This document shows positions 19,743 to 29,598 of a stretch of DNA of 64,000 bases, one piece after another. Made by a program: the position numbers and the translations under genes. The stretch's first letter is position 1. Each line of letters opens with the position of its first letter. This DNA is from Ostreococcus lucimarinus (Eukaryota): the NCBI GenBank assembly GCA_000092065.1, contig CP000591.1; one strand, 5' to 3'. Under the pieces are notes generated by a model. That model was not told the origin of the DNA. It made no database searches and saw only the letters and a list, made by a program, of their open reading frames with translations.

Positions 19743-21545
19743 CTAACGCTTTTTGCTGAAATAATTCGTAATTTCGTTCTTACGCTTCACGCCGCCACCG
19801 GTGGACTTGTCTAACAAGCCCATGGACGCTCGAATCTCGCGCTGAATCGCCTCCGGGAGCTCGGCCAACACGTTTTTGTCGATTTGATCAGCCTTGATCG
19901 GACTCGCCGCGGGCGTCGCCGACACCGACGCCGGCGCCTTGGCTGCTTTCGTCGCGTTCTTAAACATCTCCACGACGTCGCCGCTGTCTTTTTCGAGCGA
20001 CACGAAATTTGACGCCGACACGGACATCCCGGTGATCGACCAACGCTCGCGACCACTGGCCCATTTCGAGAGCAACGTGAGCGCGTCTTGCGCCATTTCG
20101 TCCGCGCCAGGTCGCAAAGGACACCGTCGCGAGCAATGCCCACTGCTCGTCTCGCGCTCATCCGGGCTCGAAAGACCTAAAGTCAACAGCTTTGGCACGC
20201 GATTCCACTCTTCTTCGTCCGCCTCGCACCGATCGTTCAACTCGGCGGTGAGTTCGGCGAGCCAGTGCTTGGCGCTCGCGATGGAGCGAATCGCCAACGC
20301 CCCTCGAAACGTCTTCCCGGTGCCGATGCTTTTCGGCATCTCGCGCGCTTTGACAGGGTCATCATCTAAACCTAAAGACACTTTGCGCACCCACTGCGCT
20401 TTTTCTTCCCCACAAACTTCCTCGAGCTTGCGCAGCGGCGTCCTCGCGAGTTCGCCGATGGTTTTCACGTTTAAACCATCCGCGAGCTCGCGTCCAAACT
20501 TGGCACCTAAACCGCGAATGCGGTCGATGGGTAATTCATCTAAAAGCGTCGACGTGTGGTCGGGACAGAGTACCGTTTGCGACGCCGGCTTGTTCATCCC
20601 ACTCGTCAGCTTGGCGAGCATTTTGTTCAACGCGATGCCCGCGCTCAACGTGTACCCGAGCTCGTCCACGCACGCCTTGCGAAGATTGAAACAAATGTAC
20701 GCCCCCGCGGCGAGAAGTTTCTCTTCCTCTCGCCATTCGCTCTCGTCTCTATTCCACCACGCCACGGACGCCTCATCAGGAGGTCGCGGTCGAAAATTTC
20801 GCATCGGATCTTCTTCTTCCTTCGCCGCCGCCTCGACCGTCGCGTCCCCCGCCGCCGCCGCCTCGACCGACGCGTCCCCCGCCGCCGCGTTCTCGATGGT
20901 CTCCTCCACCGCGCCCGCGCCCAGCACCGGTCCATCCGCGCTGCCCGCCCGCAGCGCCTTCTTACTCACGTATCCTTTCCCGCTCACCGCGCTCGCGCCC
21001 GCCGCGTGACTCGTCCTCGCCTTTTCCAAAATCGTCGCCCACGCCGTCTCCTCCAAAACCTTCTTCGCGCTCTCCGTCAGATCCAAGTACGCCTCGTCGA
21101 TGCTCGCCCGCTCGATCGTCCCTCCGCGCGCCAGCACCGCCGCCACCTCGCGTCCCGCCTCCCTGTACAGCGTCAAATCCGCCTTCGACCGCCGCGTCGG
21201 CACCTGCACCACCGCGCACGCCGGCGCCAGCGCCCTCGCCTCGCGTCCTCGCATGTTCCGCTTCACCCCTCTCGCGCGCGCCTCGTACGACACCGCGATC
21301 AACGAGTGATTTTCGAACCCATCGCGAAGCTCTCGATCGTCGTCCGGCGCCAGCGCGCGCACGCCGCCGCGCTCGAACGGATTATACTGCACCACCACCA
21401 GCGGGACATCCTCCGCCGACGCGCGCCCGTCGCGGCGCCCCGCCGCGGTCTTCGCGCGCAGATCGCGGCGCTCGACCTGGCAGTAAAACGCGTCGAGGTC
21501 CAGGTGCGCGACGACGCGGTGCGTCGCGATCGCGCGCGTCGTCAT
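19743..21545 (-). CDS. POLH: DNA polymerase eta (Y-family translesion polymerase)
   Basis: N-terminus VAHLDLDAFYCQVE and SIDEAYLDLT (catalytic Asp/Glu motifs of the Y-family palm). HhH region GLGAKFGRELADGLNVKTIGELA. C-terminal UBZ-like/PIP-like tail ending KRKNEITNYFSKKR. Confidence 0.85.
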   Translation of the reverse strand: MTTRAIATHRVVAHLDLDAFYCQVERRDLRAKTAAGRRDGRASAEDVPLVVVQYNPFERGGVRALAPDDDRELRDGFENHSLIAVSYEARARGVKRNMRGREARALAPACAVVQVPTRRSKADLTLYREAGREVAAVLARGGTIERASIDEAYLDLTESAKKVLEETAWATILEKARTSHAAGASAVSGKGYVSKKALRAGSADGPVLGAGAVEETIENAAAGDASVEAAAAGDATVEAAAKEEEDPMRNFRPRPPDEASVAWWNRDESEWREEEKLLAAGAYICFNLRKACVDELGYTLSAGIALNKMLAKLTSGMNKPASQTVLCPDHTSTLLDELPIDRIRGLGAKFGRELADGLNVKTIGELARTPLRKLEEVCGEEKAQWVRKVSLGLDDDPVKAREMPKSIGTGKTFRGALAIRSIASAKHWLAELTAELNDRCEADEEEWNRVPKLLTLGLSSPDERETSSGHCSRRCPLRPGADEMAQDALTLLSKWASGRERWSITGMSVSASNFVSLEKDSGDVVEMFKNATKAAKAPASVSATPAASPIKADQIDKNVLAELPEAIQREIRASMGLLDKSTGGGVKRKNEITNYFSKKR

Positions 21546-21578
21546 TCCGCGACGACGGACGCGCGCGCGACGGTTGCG

Positions 21579-22904
21579 ATGTCGACGACGTCGCGCGCGA
21601 TCGCGACGCCGCGGATCGACGCGCGCGCGCGCCGAGCGAGGACGACGCGATCGACGCGCGCGCGCGCGTCGACCGAGGACGACGGTCCGGCGACGTCGCG
21701 ACGCGCGGCGACGCTGAGGAATGAGGGCGCGTACGCGGTGCTCGAAAAAGTCGCGGCGCTCGAGCGACGAAGCGACGCGAAGGGCGCGAAGCGAGTGCTG
21801 CGATTGGAGATCGGACAGCCGGGATTCGCGACGCCGGCGCGCGTGTGCGACGCGGCGGTGCGAGCGATCGAGGGAGGGGAGACGAAGTACGCGGCGCCGA
21901 GCGGCGCGCCGAGGCTGCGCGAAGCCGTCGCGGAGTATCTCGTGAGAACGCGAGGCGTGGCGTACGAGGCGGAAAACGTGGTCGTGGGACCGGGCGCGAA
22001 GCCGGGGCTGTTTTTGCCGACGCTCGCGTGTTGCGATCCGGGAGATGAGGTGGTGTATCCGGATCCCGGATTTCCGACGTACGCGGCGATGTGCGCGGCG
22101 GCGGGCGCGACGCCGAGACCGGTGCCTCTGCGGAGCGATGGCGCGAGTTTCGACATGGCGGCGCTGGAGGCGAGCGTGAACGAGAAGACGAAGATGATCG
22201 TGATCAATTCTCCGGGGAATCCGACCGGTGGGGTGATGCCGAGAGAGGACGTGGCGGCGGTCGCGCGGCTGGCGAAAAAGTTCAACTGTTGGGTGATGAG
22301 CGATGAAATATATTCGCGATTGATTTACGACGACGAGGAGGAGGGGGGGGAGAACGACGAGAAGATATTCAGCATCTGTGCCTTGGATGGGATGAAGGAG
22401 CGCACGATTTTAGTCGACGGCTTCAGCAAGACCTATTGCATGACCGGGTGGCGTCTCGGCTGGGTGGCGTGCCCGAAACATCTCGCCGAGAAGATCAAAC
22501 TTCTCACCGTACACAGCGTTGGCTGCGTCGCTGCGTTCACGCAAATCGCCGGCGTCGAGGCGCTCACGGGCCCTCAAGACTCGGTGAAGGCGATGCGAGA
22601 CGAATATCGCGTCCGACGCGACTTCGTCGTCGACGCCCTCAACGACATCCCCGGCATCTCCTGTCCCGTGCCCAAGGGCGCTTTTTACGCCTTCCCGTCT
22701 TTTGACTTCCCCGACGTCACCGCCCAAGAGCTCGCGGATTACCTCTTAGAGGACGCCCGCGTCGCGCTCTTGCCCGGCACCGACTTCGGCGCCGCGGGCG
22801 AGCGTCACTTGCGACTCTCCTACGTCGGCGAGCTCTCCGATCTCCGCGAAGCCATGGCGCGGATCAAGACGTCTCTGGCCAAGCGCTTTCCCGACTTCGT
22901 TTAA
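21579..22904 (+). CDS. Class I/II pyridoxal-phosphate aminotransferase (aspartate/aromatic aminotransferase family), probably organelle-targeted
   Basis: The six-frame ORF starts at 20556, but its first 341 codons are antisense to POLH. The real start is taken as MSTTSRAIATP (ATG 21579, in frame). Motifs: LEIGQPGF, GPGAKPGLF, PDPGFPTY, NSPGNPTGGV, the PLP-lysine region FSKTYCMTGWRLGW. Confidence 0.85.
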   Translation: MSTTSRAIATPRIDARARRARTTRSTRARASTEDDGPATSRRAATLRNEGAYAVLEKVAALERRSDAKGAKRVLRLEIGQPGFATPARVCDAAVRAIEGGETKYAAPSGAPRLREAVAEYLVRTRGVAYEAENVVVGPGAKPGLFLPTLACCDPGDEVVYPDPGFPTYAAMCAAAGATPRPVPLRSDGASFDMAALEASVNEKTKMIVINSPGNPTGGVMPREDVAAVARLAKKFNCWVMSDEIYSRLIYDDEEEGGENDEKIFSICALDGMKERTILVDGFSKTYCMTGWRLGWVACPKHLAEKIKLLTVHSVGCVAAFTQIAGVEALTGPQDSVKAMRDEYRVRRDFVVDALNDIPGISCPVPKGAFYAFPSFDFPDVTAQELADYLLEDARVALLPGTDFGAAGERHLRLSYVGELSDLREAMARIKTSLAKRFPDFV

Positions 22905-23237
22905 ACGCCTCGAATCGCCGCGCGCCGGCGTCCGCGAATTTCGCCGCGGCGAACGCGATTTAATAACGAAATCCCGTCTCGTATTGCGCATCTCACGACA
23001 TCTCCAACACCCCCGGCGAGCGCGACACACGCGCGCGCGCGACCTGACACCGCGCGTCGACCGCGCGACGCGCGGCGCCGACGAAAAGCGCACGCTTCGT
23101 CGCACACCGCGCACGCGCACGCGACCGCACGGCGACCCTCAGCGACGCGCGCGCGGAAGATCGAGCGCGGATCGAGCCAACAACACCCGCGCGCGCGCGA
23201 CGCGTGCGGTAGAGCGCTCGAGGCGACGCGAGCGCTC

Positions 23238-26200
23238 GTGAGGACGAAAAGAGGCGACATGGGGCACGCTTCGAACGATGCGAGCGGTCGCGGTCGACGA
23301 GGGATGACGTCGGGGACGGCGCTGCGAGCGTTGATGGCGGCGAGCGCGGCGACGTTGGCGCGCGCGAGCGCGACGACTTCGACGTGCGATTATTACATGA
23401 CGCCCGAGGGTGAGGGAACGACGATCGGGCAAACCGACGCGGGTACTATCATGAATCCGTTCGGGAGCTTGGAGGAGGCGCAGTTGGCGCTGAAACCGGG
23501 GCAGACGCTGTGCGTGTTGAGCGGGACGTACGAGCTCGACACGTTCATCGGGGCGGAGATCTTGGCGCGAGGTAATGCCGACGCGCCGATTACCATTCGC
23601 GGCTACCGCACGAGCGATGGTGCGGATTTGCCAAAGTTCCGGTTTAGCGGTGGTGTTGCGTTGGATTTTAGAGGTGCCGAGTACGTCACCGTAGAAGACA
23701 TTGAAGTCGACGGCGGCGCCTCGGAGGCGACTACGGAGGATGTCGTCAAAGCGTGGTGGAATGGTGAAAAGCTCGCGCACGTGGGTAGGACTTGCTTTAG
23801 AATTGGTCAAAAGTCGCGACACGTGAGCATCAAGCGAAACGCGTGCCACGACGTCAGTGAGGTGGCGGTAAACGTCGTCGACGCGTTATATTCATCAATC
23901 AAGCTCAACGTGTTTTATCGCATCGGTTGGTTTGGTGTCGGCGATATCGCTGCGGTGAAACGCACATACACCGCCGCGGTGGACGAAGACGAAGAAGATG
24001 ACTATCGGCTGGATGTACAAGGCAACGCGATCTGGGGCGTCGAATCGCACTTGTATGAGCGAACGGAGAATGCTTCGTACTCCAAATTTGTGAAGACTTT
24101 CGGCGTCGCTTTGGACGCTGTGGCGGATGAAGATCTACGAATGCGATTTTCCGAGAACGTCATCGCGTTCAACGCTAACGTTGGGATGAAGATCGCGCGT
24201 TCGCCGTACGTTGTCGTGAGCAAGAACACGTTCTACTCCGATCCCACCGCCGGCGCGTCTTTACTCACTGACTCAGCCATGACTTCGAAGTTAATTTTGA
24301 AGGATAACATCTTCTCCACGAGTCAAAGTGCTGACTTCGCGCTCGATGTGGGCGCATCATATGGTACCGATATCGATCCTGATTTCTTCCGCAACAACAT
24401 TGTCGCCGGAGGCGGTGCGGTTCTCGATGGCAACCTCACCGTCACGCGTATCTCGTCGCAACTCTTCGCGGATGCCGCGCACGGCAACTTTACCCTTCTT
24501 CCGGCGGCCGAAGAAAGTATCAACGCCACTACGGTACCAGGAGTGGATGCGGCGGTTTTGAAGGTTCTCGCTCGCGTGATGAAGGATTTCAATGCCGGTA
24601 CGATGGCGAGAAGCGAGTGGGTGGCGAATCACAAGACGCTCACCCAGTTGATCATCAAAACGGCGCCGTCGATGTACACAAAAATCACGTCCACGCGAAA
24701 AGGTCCGGAAGACGCATCGGTGCAGTTCACTGATCCCGTCACGAATGAGTTTTTCACGTTGAAACTCAATCCTGCGTACGCGCGCGATCTTTTCGAGCGC
24801 GGTGCGTCTCCGTTGGACGGCTCCGAGGATGAGAACGCGTATCCGTTGGATGGCCCCGACGATGAGAACGCGTATCCGATCTCTGTGGGTGCACTCGGTC
24901 AAGGTTACCCGGCGAATAACACTGGTTACCCGTCGAATAGCACTGGTTACCCGTCGAGTAGCACTGGATACCCGTCGGATAGCACTGGTTCTGGTTACCC
25001 GTCGAATAGCACTGGATACCCGGCAAGCGGATACCCGGCGAATAGCACTGGATATCCGGCAAAGGGATACCCGGCGAACAGCAACGGATATCCGGCAAAG
25101 GGATACCCGGCGAACAGCACTGGATATCCGGCAAAGGGATACCCGGCGAACAGCAACGGATATCCGGCAAAGGGATACCCGGCGAACAGCACCGGATATC
25201 CGGCAAAGGGATACCCGGCGAACAGCAACGGATATCCGGCAAAGGGATACCCGGCGAACAGCACCGGATATCCGGCAAAGGGATACCCGGCGAACAGCAA
25301 CGGATATCCGGCAAAGGGATACCCGGCGAACAGCAACGGATATCCGGCCAACAGCGATGGGTATCCAGCGACGCGGACGCCAGCCATGCCGGAAAGCATC
25401 GCCGAACAGATAGAAGACGCCGTCGCGGACGCCGTCCAGCAAATTCAAAGTGTCACGGCGAACGCGACTGAGGAGATTGTACAGGCTGAGGCAGAAGCGG
25501 TGACTAACGTGACCGAGACGGCGGGAGACGAAGAAGGATCCGACGTGGATGAGTTGTTGGCGGACGCCACAAATGACGTTTCGCCACCGCCGCCACCGCC
25601 GCCGCCGCCGAGACGCAAGCCGCCGCCGCCGCCGCCGCCGTACCCGGGCACGGTCCAACCGCCGTCGCCACCGCTTCCGCCGGCACCTCCTCATGTGGAT
25701 AGCGAAGCTGGCCTCGTGAATGGTCGCATCGTCATTCCCGTAAGGGACACGCTCAGAGATTTCCTTCTGGAGAGAAATGAAGTAGTGAACGCGTCCTCGA
25801 TGAGCTTGGACCATCCGGATGAAGATGTATCCGAAATCGAAGATCTTGAGCCGGAGTGCTACAATCCTCCGCGCGGATGTCCGGCCATATTCCATTTGAG
25901 CAACTACAGAGCTCAAGCGGTGTCAAAAGTGTCTGATGACTCGTCCACGTCGTACTCGAGCGACCGAGCGGCGTTCGCGGCGTATCGTGGCGAGCGTTTC
26001 GCTACTGAACAGTCACGAGGTTCGGTGCAGGAGTTCGATGCACAGCGGCCGGTGGAAGATAGTCCGTACGGACCGAACATTGATAGAGCCTTCTTTGCCG
26101 CACTTGGGATGCAAAAGGAGTCCGCATTCAAACCGAATGAGATCATCGCCCCGATGGCTGTCCTCATGGTCATCGCCGCCGCGGTTGTCGCGAGCGAGAG

Positions 26201-27038
26201 ATTGACAAAGCGAGGTCCAATCGAGGAACGCGCTTCGTTGTTAGCGTCGACTTCTGACGTGGCCGAGCGTGAGGCGAGCAAGTTGCGAGCGATGAAGACG
26301 AGAAGGAATGCGATGGTCGCGTCGGCTCTTGCGGGTGTGTTCTTCGTCGCCACCGCCACTTCGTCGACGCCCGGAGCGGCGGCTGTGATGCGCGCAAAGA
26401 AGGAGGTGGCGCAGCTAGGCTCTAAGCTAGCGGACTGTGCCGGTAAGTTCTACGTTGTGAACTTACCTTTCTCTTCGTGCGCCGTCAAGGGAAGCGAAAT
26501 TCCTGTCGGTGCTCGGCCATTCCCTCTCGAAGACTTCATCAAATTTGAGGCTTTCGTCGTCGCGAGGCTCGGTTGGGGTGGATTCTGGTCTATGAAATCA
26601 TCGGGCTATGAAATCCGTTCCGCCGCTCGTGCGCACGTCATCGAGGAGCGTCGCGTGAAGAACGAAGAAAATGTCACCAACGGCTTGATGGATTATCATC
26701 GTCAGTGCTTGCGAACAAAGACGTGGTGCCTTGAAGAGGGGAGCGAAAACGCGTGCTGCAGGGACATGCCGGTGACGGCTGTTGAACAAGAAGAAGATGA
26801 CCTGGAGTTCAACACGTACGACTCGATCCTTCGCAATTTGTGCGGATGCGCGTTGATGATGGATAAGACACCGACGGGATGCGGACAAATCGACGCTCTT
26901 GGACGAGATTTGTACTGCGATAGAATGCGCGCGATGGGGATGGGCGACGATCTCCCCGCATGCTGCGATGCTCCGAACCCGTTCCGCGTGCAGGAATGCC
27001 TATGCAAAGGAGACGAGAATCACATGGCGTACACATAA
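23238..27038 (+). CDS. Large secreted/cell-surface glycoprotein: signal peptide, right-handed beta-helix (pectin-lyase-like) domain, GYPANSTGYPAK tandem repeats, polyproline tract, TM helix, Cys-rich C-terminal domain
   Basis: 1266 aa. Signal-like MTSGTALRALMAASAATLARASA (the true start may be this M, ~23304). Beta-helix hallmarks: NAIWG..., ENVIAFNANVGMKIARSPYVV, KDNIFS. Repeat block 24903-25372. PPPPPPPPPRRKPPPPPPPY at ~25577-25640. TM PMAVLMVIAAAVVASE. C-terminus rich in Cys (CCRD.., CGCALMMDKTPTGCGQ.., CCDAPNPFRVQECLC). Confidence 0.7.
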   Translation: MRTKRGDMGHASNDASGRGRRGMTSGTALRALMAASAATLARASATTSTCDYYMTPEGEGTTIGQTDAGTIMNPFGSLEEAQLALKPGQTLCVLSGTYELDTFIGAEILARGNADAPITIRGYRTSDGADLPKFRFSGGVALDFRGAEYVTVEDIEVDGGASEATTEDVVKAWWNGEKLAHVGRTCFRIGQKSRHVSIKRNACHDVSEVAVNVVDALYSSIKLNVFYRIGWFGVGDIAAVKRTYTAAVDEDEEDDYRLDVQGNAIWGVESHLYERTENASYSKFVKTFGVALDAVADEDLRMRFSENVIAFNANVGMKIARSPYVVVSKNTFYSDPTAGASLLTDSAMTSKLILKDNIFSTSQSADFALDVGASYGTDIDPDFFRNNIVAGGGAVLDGNLTVTRISSQLFADAAHGNFTLLPAAEESINATTVPGVDAAVLKVLARVMKDFNAGTMARSEWVANHKTLTQLIIKTAPSMYTKITSTRKGPEDASVQFTDPVTNEFFTLKLNPAYARDLFERGASPLDGSEDENAYPLDGPDDENAYPISVGALGQGYPANNTGYPSNSTGYPSSSTGYPSDSTGSGYPSNSTGYPASGYPANSTGYPAKGYPANSNGYPAKGYPANSTGYPAKGYPANSNGYPAKGYPANSTGYPAKGYPANSNGYPAKGYPANSTGYPAKGYPANSNGYPAKGYPANSNGYPANSDGYPATRTPAMPESIAEQIEDAVADAVQQIQSVTANATEEIVQAEAEAVTNVTETAGDEEGSDVDELLADATNDVSPPPPPPPPPRRKPPPPPPPYPGTVQPPSPPLPPAPPHVDSEAGLVNGRIVIPVRDTLRDFLLERNEVVNASSMSLDHPDEDVSEIEDLEPECYNPPRGCPAIFHLSNYRAQAVSKVSDDSSTSYSSDRAAFAAYRGERFATEQSRGSVQEFDAQRPVEDSPYGPNIDRAFFAALGMQKESAFKPNEIIAPMAVLMVIAAAVVASERLTKRGPIEERASLLASTSDVAEREASKLRAMKTRRNAMVASALAGVFFVATATSSTPGAAAVMRAKKEVAQLGSKLADCAGKFYVVNLPFSSCAVKGSEIPVGARPFPLEDFIKFEAFVVARLGWGGFWSMKSSGYEIRSAARAHVIEERRVKNEENVTNGLMDYHRQCLRTKTWCLEEGSENACCRDMPVTAVEQEEDDLEFNTYDSILRNLCGCALMMDKTPTGCGQIDALGRDLYCDRMRAMGMGDDLPACCDAPNPFRVQECLCKGDENHMAYT
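24903..25372. repeat. Coding tandem repeat, 36-nt unit (GYPANSTGYPAK / GYPANSNGYPAK alternating, effective period 72 nt), ~13 units, most regular at 25035-25330
   Basis: Near-identical units ggatacccggcgaacagcaccggatatccggcaaag / ...aacagcaacgga... The NST variant is an N-glycosylation sequon; the NSN variant is not. Confidence 0.9.
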
Positions 27039-27197
27039 ACTTGATGAATAGAACTAAACCTTACAATATGAAATAGCAAGATTAAGTAAATGAACAAAAG
27101 ATCGCGGGCGTTGTGAAGAAGACGTCGGCGCTTCTCAGCGCTCGTTCGCTCACCGTCGCCGCGACGCAGTGGTGATATCGTCCTAGATCGCATCATG

Positions 27198-28223
27198 TCA
27201 TTCCATCCCCGTCACTCCGCCTTCCGTGATCTGGAATTCAGCTTCGTCTTCTTTCAGAGTCGGACCTTGAAGCACTTTGAGCACGCGCGCCTCGGCTCTG
27301 CCCTTTCTTACCATCAGACGAATCGTAGACGCATGGGCCAAAACGTGCCCCCCGATCGCCTTCTTTGGTTCAACTCCCGCGAAAGCCATGCCCCCCGGGT
27401 CAGATTGGACTTGATTAGTGAGCACGACGGCGACGTTGAATTCTTCGGCAATTTTTCGCAAGCGAGAGAGGAACTGATTGAGTGTCTGCTGTCGTTCGCT
27501 CAACTCTCCTCTCGCGACGTAATCCACTCGAAAAATCGCCATGATGCTGTCGACGACGAGTAACTTGAAAGGTTCTTCAGCCATTTTCGCGCCAATAGCG
27601 ATGAGAGCATGCATCATTTGATCGACGGTATCCACGCGAGCGACCATGACGTTCGATAAAACGGCGTCAGCGTCCAGTCCAAAGCGGTTCGCGATTTGAA
27701 CGAGGCGGTCTCCGCGGAAGGTGTTTTCGGTATCGATCCACGCCACCTTGGCGCATCCACCGCCCATTTCCACCGGCATTTGCGTCGTAACGGCAATAGT
27801 GTGACATAGCTGGGTCTTGCCGCATCGCCACTCGCCGTAAATCTCCGTGATCGCTCGACTTTCAAATCCGCCGCCCAAGATCGCGTCCACCGCGGCGGCT
27901 CCAGATGTAATATGCACCACATCCTTGCGTCGCTCCGCATCCTCCGCCGCCGTGACAAATCCCCCAGCTTCGCTCTCCGGTAACAGTTTGACCGCACCTT
28001 CCAAAACCTTATCCGCTTTAGCGTCAGAGAAGCCTTTGACCGCGATGATCGCCTTTCGCGGAAACATCAACAACTGTCTCACCGTGACGAATCCCGCGTC
28101 TCTCAACTTTTTTATATCCGTCGCCGACACCCCGCTCTGCTGCAGCGCATCGATGGACACGATGTTCGACTGTTCCTCCGCAAACGTCACCCCGGCGTCT
28201 TCTTCCACGTCAACCCTACGCAA
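27198..28223 (-). CDS. DMC1: Meiotic recombinase DMC1 (RecA/RAD51 family)
   Basis: 341 aa. Walker A GEWRCGKTQLCHT. DMC1-type diagnostic stretches match DMC1 rather than RAD51: WIDTENTFRGDRL vs RAD51 IDTEGTFRPERL; DSIMAIFRVDY vs DSATALYRTDY. Also ERQQTLNQFLSRLRKIAEEFNVAVVLTNQV and the N-terminal HhH IDALQQSGVSATDIKKLRDAGF. Confidence 0.88.
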   Translation of the reverse strand: MRRVDVEEDAGVTFAEEQSNIVSIDALQQSGVSATDIKKLRDAGFVTVRQLLMFPRKAIIAVKGFSDAKADKVLEGAVKLLPESEAGGFVTAAEDAERRKDVVHITSGAAAVDAILGGGFESRAITEIYGEWRCGKTQLCHTIAVTTQMPVEMGGGCAKVAWIDTENTFRGDRLVQIANRFGLDADAVLSNVMVARVDTVDQMMHALIAIGAKMAEEPFKLLVVDSIMAIFRVDYVARGELSERQQTLNQFLSRLRKIAEEFNVAVVLTNQVQSDPGGMAFAGVEPKKAIGGHVLAHASTIRLMVRKGRAEARVLKVLQGPTLKEDEAEFQITEGGVTGME

Positions 28224-28701
28224 TCGAGCGTCGTTCGTCTTCGTCAGTCGCGCGCGCCGATTCGATCGCGTCGATTCGTCTCTCGGAGTCTCGGAACCTC
28301 ATAAACGTCGTTTCTCCCCTCATCCGCGCTCTCCGTCTCCGCGAATCGTCGCGCGCGAGCGAGACATTCCTCCGCGCACGCACATCGTCTCCTCCGCCGC
28401 CGCCGCGGCGCTCTTCTTTCGTCGCGCCGCCGTCGTCGACATGTTCGCGTCGCGCGCGGTGTCTCGGAAGAGGTGCCGAGTTTCGCGTCGGTCGTCGCGT
28501 CGCGCGCGCGCGTCGCGCGCGCGCGCCGGCGCGCCGTCGGGCGATCGGGCGGTGCGCTCGCGTCGCGTTCGCTCGCGTGCGAGCTCGCGAGGTCGTCGTC
28601 GCGCGCGAGGTCGCGCGTCGAAAAGTGAGGCGCGCGGCGACGGGCGCGCGGCGTTCCATTCGTCGTCGTCGTCGTATCAAAGCAATGCAATCGCTAATTC
28701 T

Positions 28702-29520
28702 CTACGCGTGTTTCGCGAGCGCGCGCGTGATCAAACCGATAAACTCGTCGTCTTCGATGAGCTCCGACATCGCCGCGCGCACGGCTGCGGGATTGAGCGC
28801 GGAAGACGTCGTCGGCGGCGCGGATTTCGCGACGGATTTCGTCCTCGGCGCCGAGGCGGACGTTCCCGTAATCTTACGCGGCGGTTGTAACACCCGCGTC
28901 GGCGCCACCGATTCGCTCCCTCTCGCCCCGTTCCCGATGGACACCGATCCCATCAACTGCGCCATTAAATCTCCGCCCGTCGGCGCGCTCGTCGCCTTCG
29001 TCGTCGTCGCGCTCGCGAACAATCGCGCCCCCGCCTCCGTCGTCGTCCGCGTCTCGCTCCCCACCTCGTTTCCCTCTCCCCGCGCCCGCGCCTCCGCCAG
29101 CACGCCCTCCAGCACCGCGCTCATCGCTTCGCACTCCTCCGCGTCGTGAAACCATATCCCGTTCACCTCTCGTCCGACGCGATACATCAAATACGGCGGC
29201 GACCGCTCCAGCTCGAATCCCGCGCCGCCGACGCGCTGTCGCAGATTCTCCGTCCCGCACCGATTCAGCACCACGAACGCGTCTCGCGGTTCCGTCGCGC
29301 GTCGCACGACGAACAGCGCCCCCTCCACGTTCTTCCGCGCCCACTGTCGCGCGTCCGCGTCGAATCCGTACAGCACCGCGTGTTTCGAGTGCGCGACGAT
29401 GCGCTCGATCGCGTCGTCCTCCTTGCGCAGCACGCGCAGGTTCATCGCGCTCGTCGCGTCCGTGCGCGCGAGCGCCGCGGGAGCGTCGTCGAGCTTCGGT
29501 TTCACCGTGCGCGGCGGCAT
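28702..29520 (-). CDS. DCP1: mRNA-decapping enzyme subunit DCP1 (EVH1-like domain)
   Basis: Start MPPRTVKPKLDD (ATG reverse-complement 29518-29520, in frame). EVH1-like domain ...MNLRVLRKEDDAIERIVAHSKHAVLYGFDADARQWARKNVEGALFVVRRATEPRDAFVVLNRCGTENL...GIWFHDAEECEAMSAVLE, followed by a low-complexity tail. The upstream part of the ORF (to 30003) is antisense of the neighbouring gene. Confidence 0.7.
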   Translation of the reverse strand: MPPRTVKPKLDDAPAALARTDATSAMNLRVLRKEDDAIERIVAHSKHAVLYGFDADARQWARKNVEGALFVVRRATEPRDAFVVLNRCGTENLRQRVGGAGFELERSPPYLMYRVGREVNGIWFHDAEECEAMSAVLEGVLAEARARGEGNEVGSETRTTTEAGARLFASATTTKATSAPTGGDLMAQLMGSVSIGNGARGSESVAPTRVLQPPRKITGTSASAPRTKSVAKSAPPTTSSALNPAAVRAAMSELIEDDEFIGLITRALAKHA

Positions 29521-29598
29521 GGCGGCGAAGCGTCGGACGCGCGTCGGCGTCTGACGCGCGTCGCGAAGGGGCGAATCGAAGCGAACGCGACCGCAGAG

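Noticed and set aside
20556-21578. N-terminal 341 codons of the 782-aa plus-strand ORF
   Set aside because: Antisense to the POLH coding region and Arg-rich low complexity. Aminotransferase homology starts only at the Met at 21579.
24903-25372. Possible CRISPR-like array (regular ~36-nt repeats)
   Set aside because: The repeats are contiguous with no spacers. They are in frame inside a eukaryotic glycoprotein gene and encode GYPANST/GYPAK peptides. The context is eukaryotic nuclear DNA.
24357-25916. 519-aa minus-strand ORF with striking internal repeats (RISVAVRRVSLC...)
   Set aside because: It is the reverse-complement reading of the GYPANSTGYPAK repeat block of the plus-strand surface protein. 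Its periodicity is a mirror artefact.
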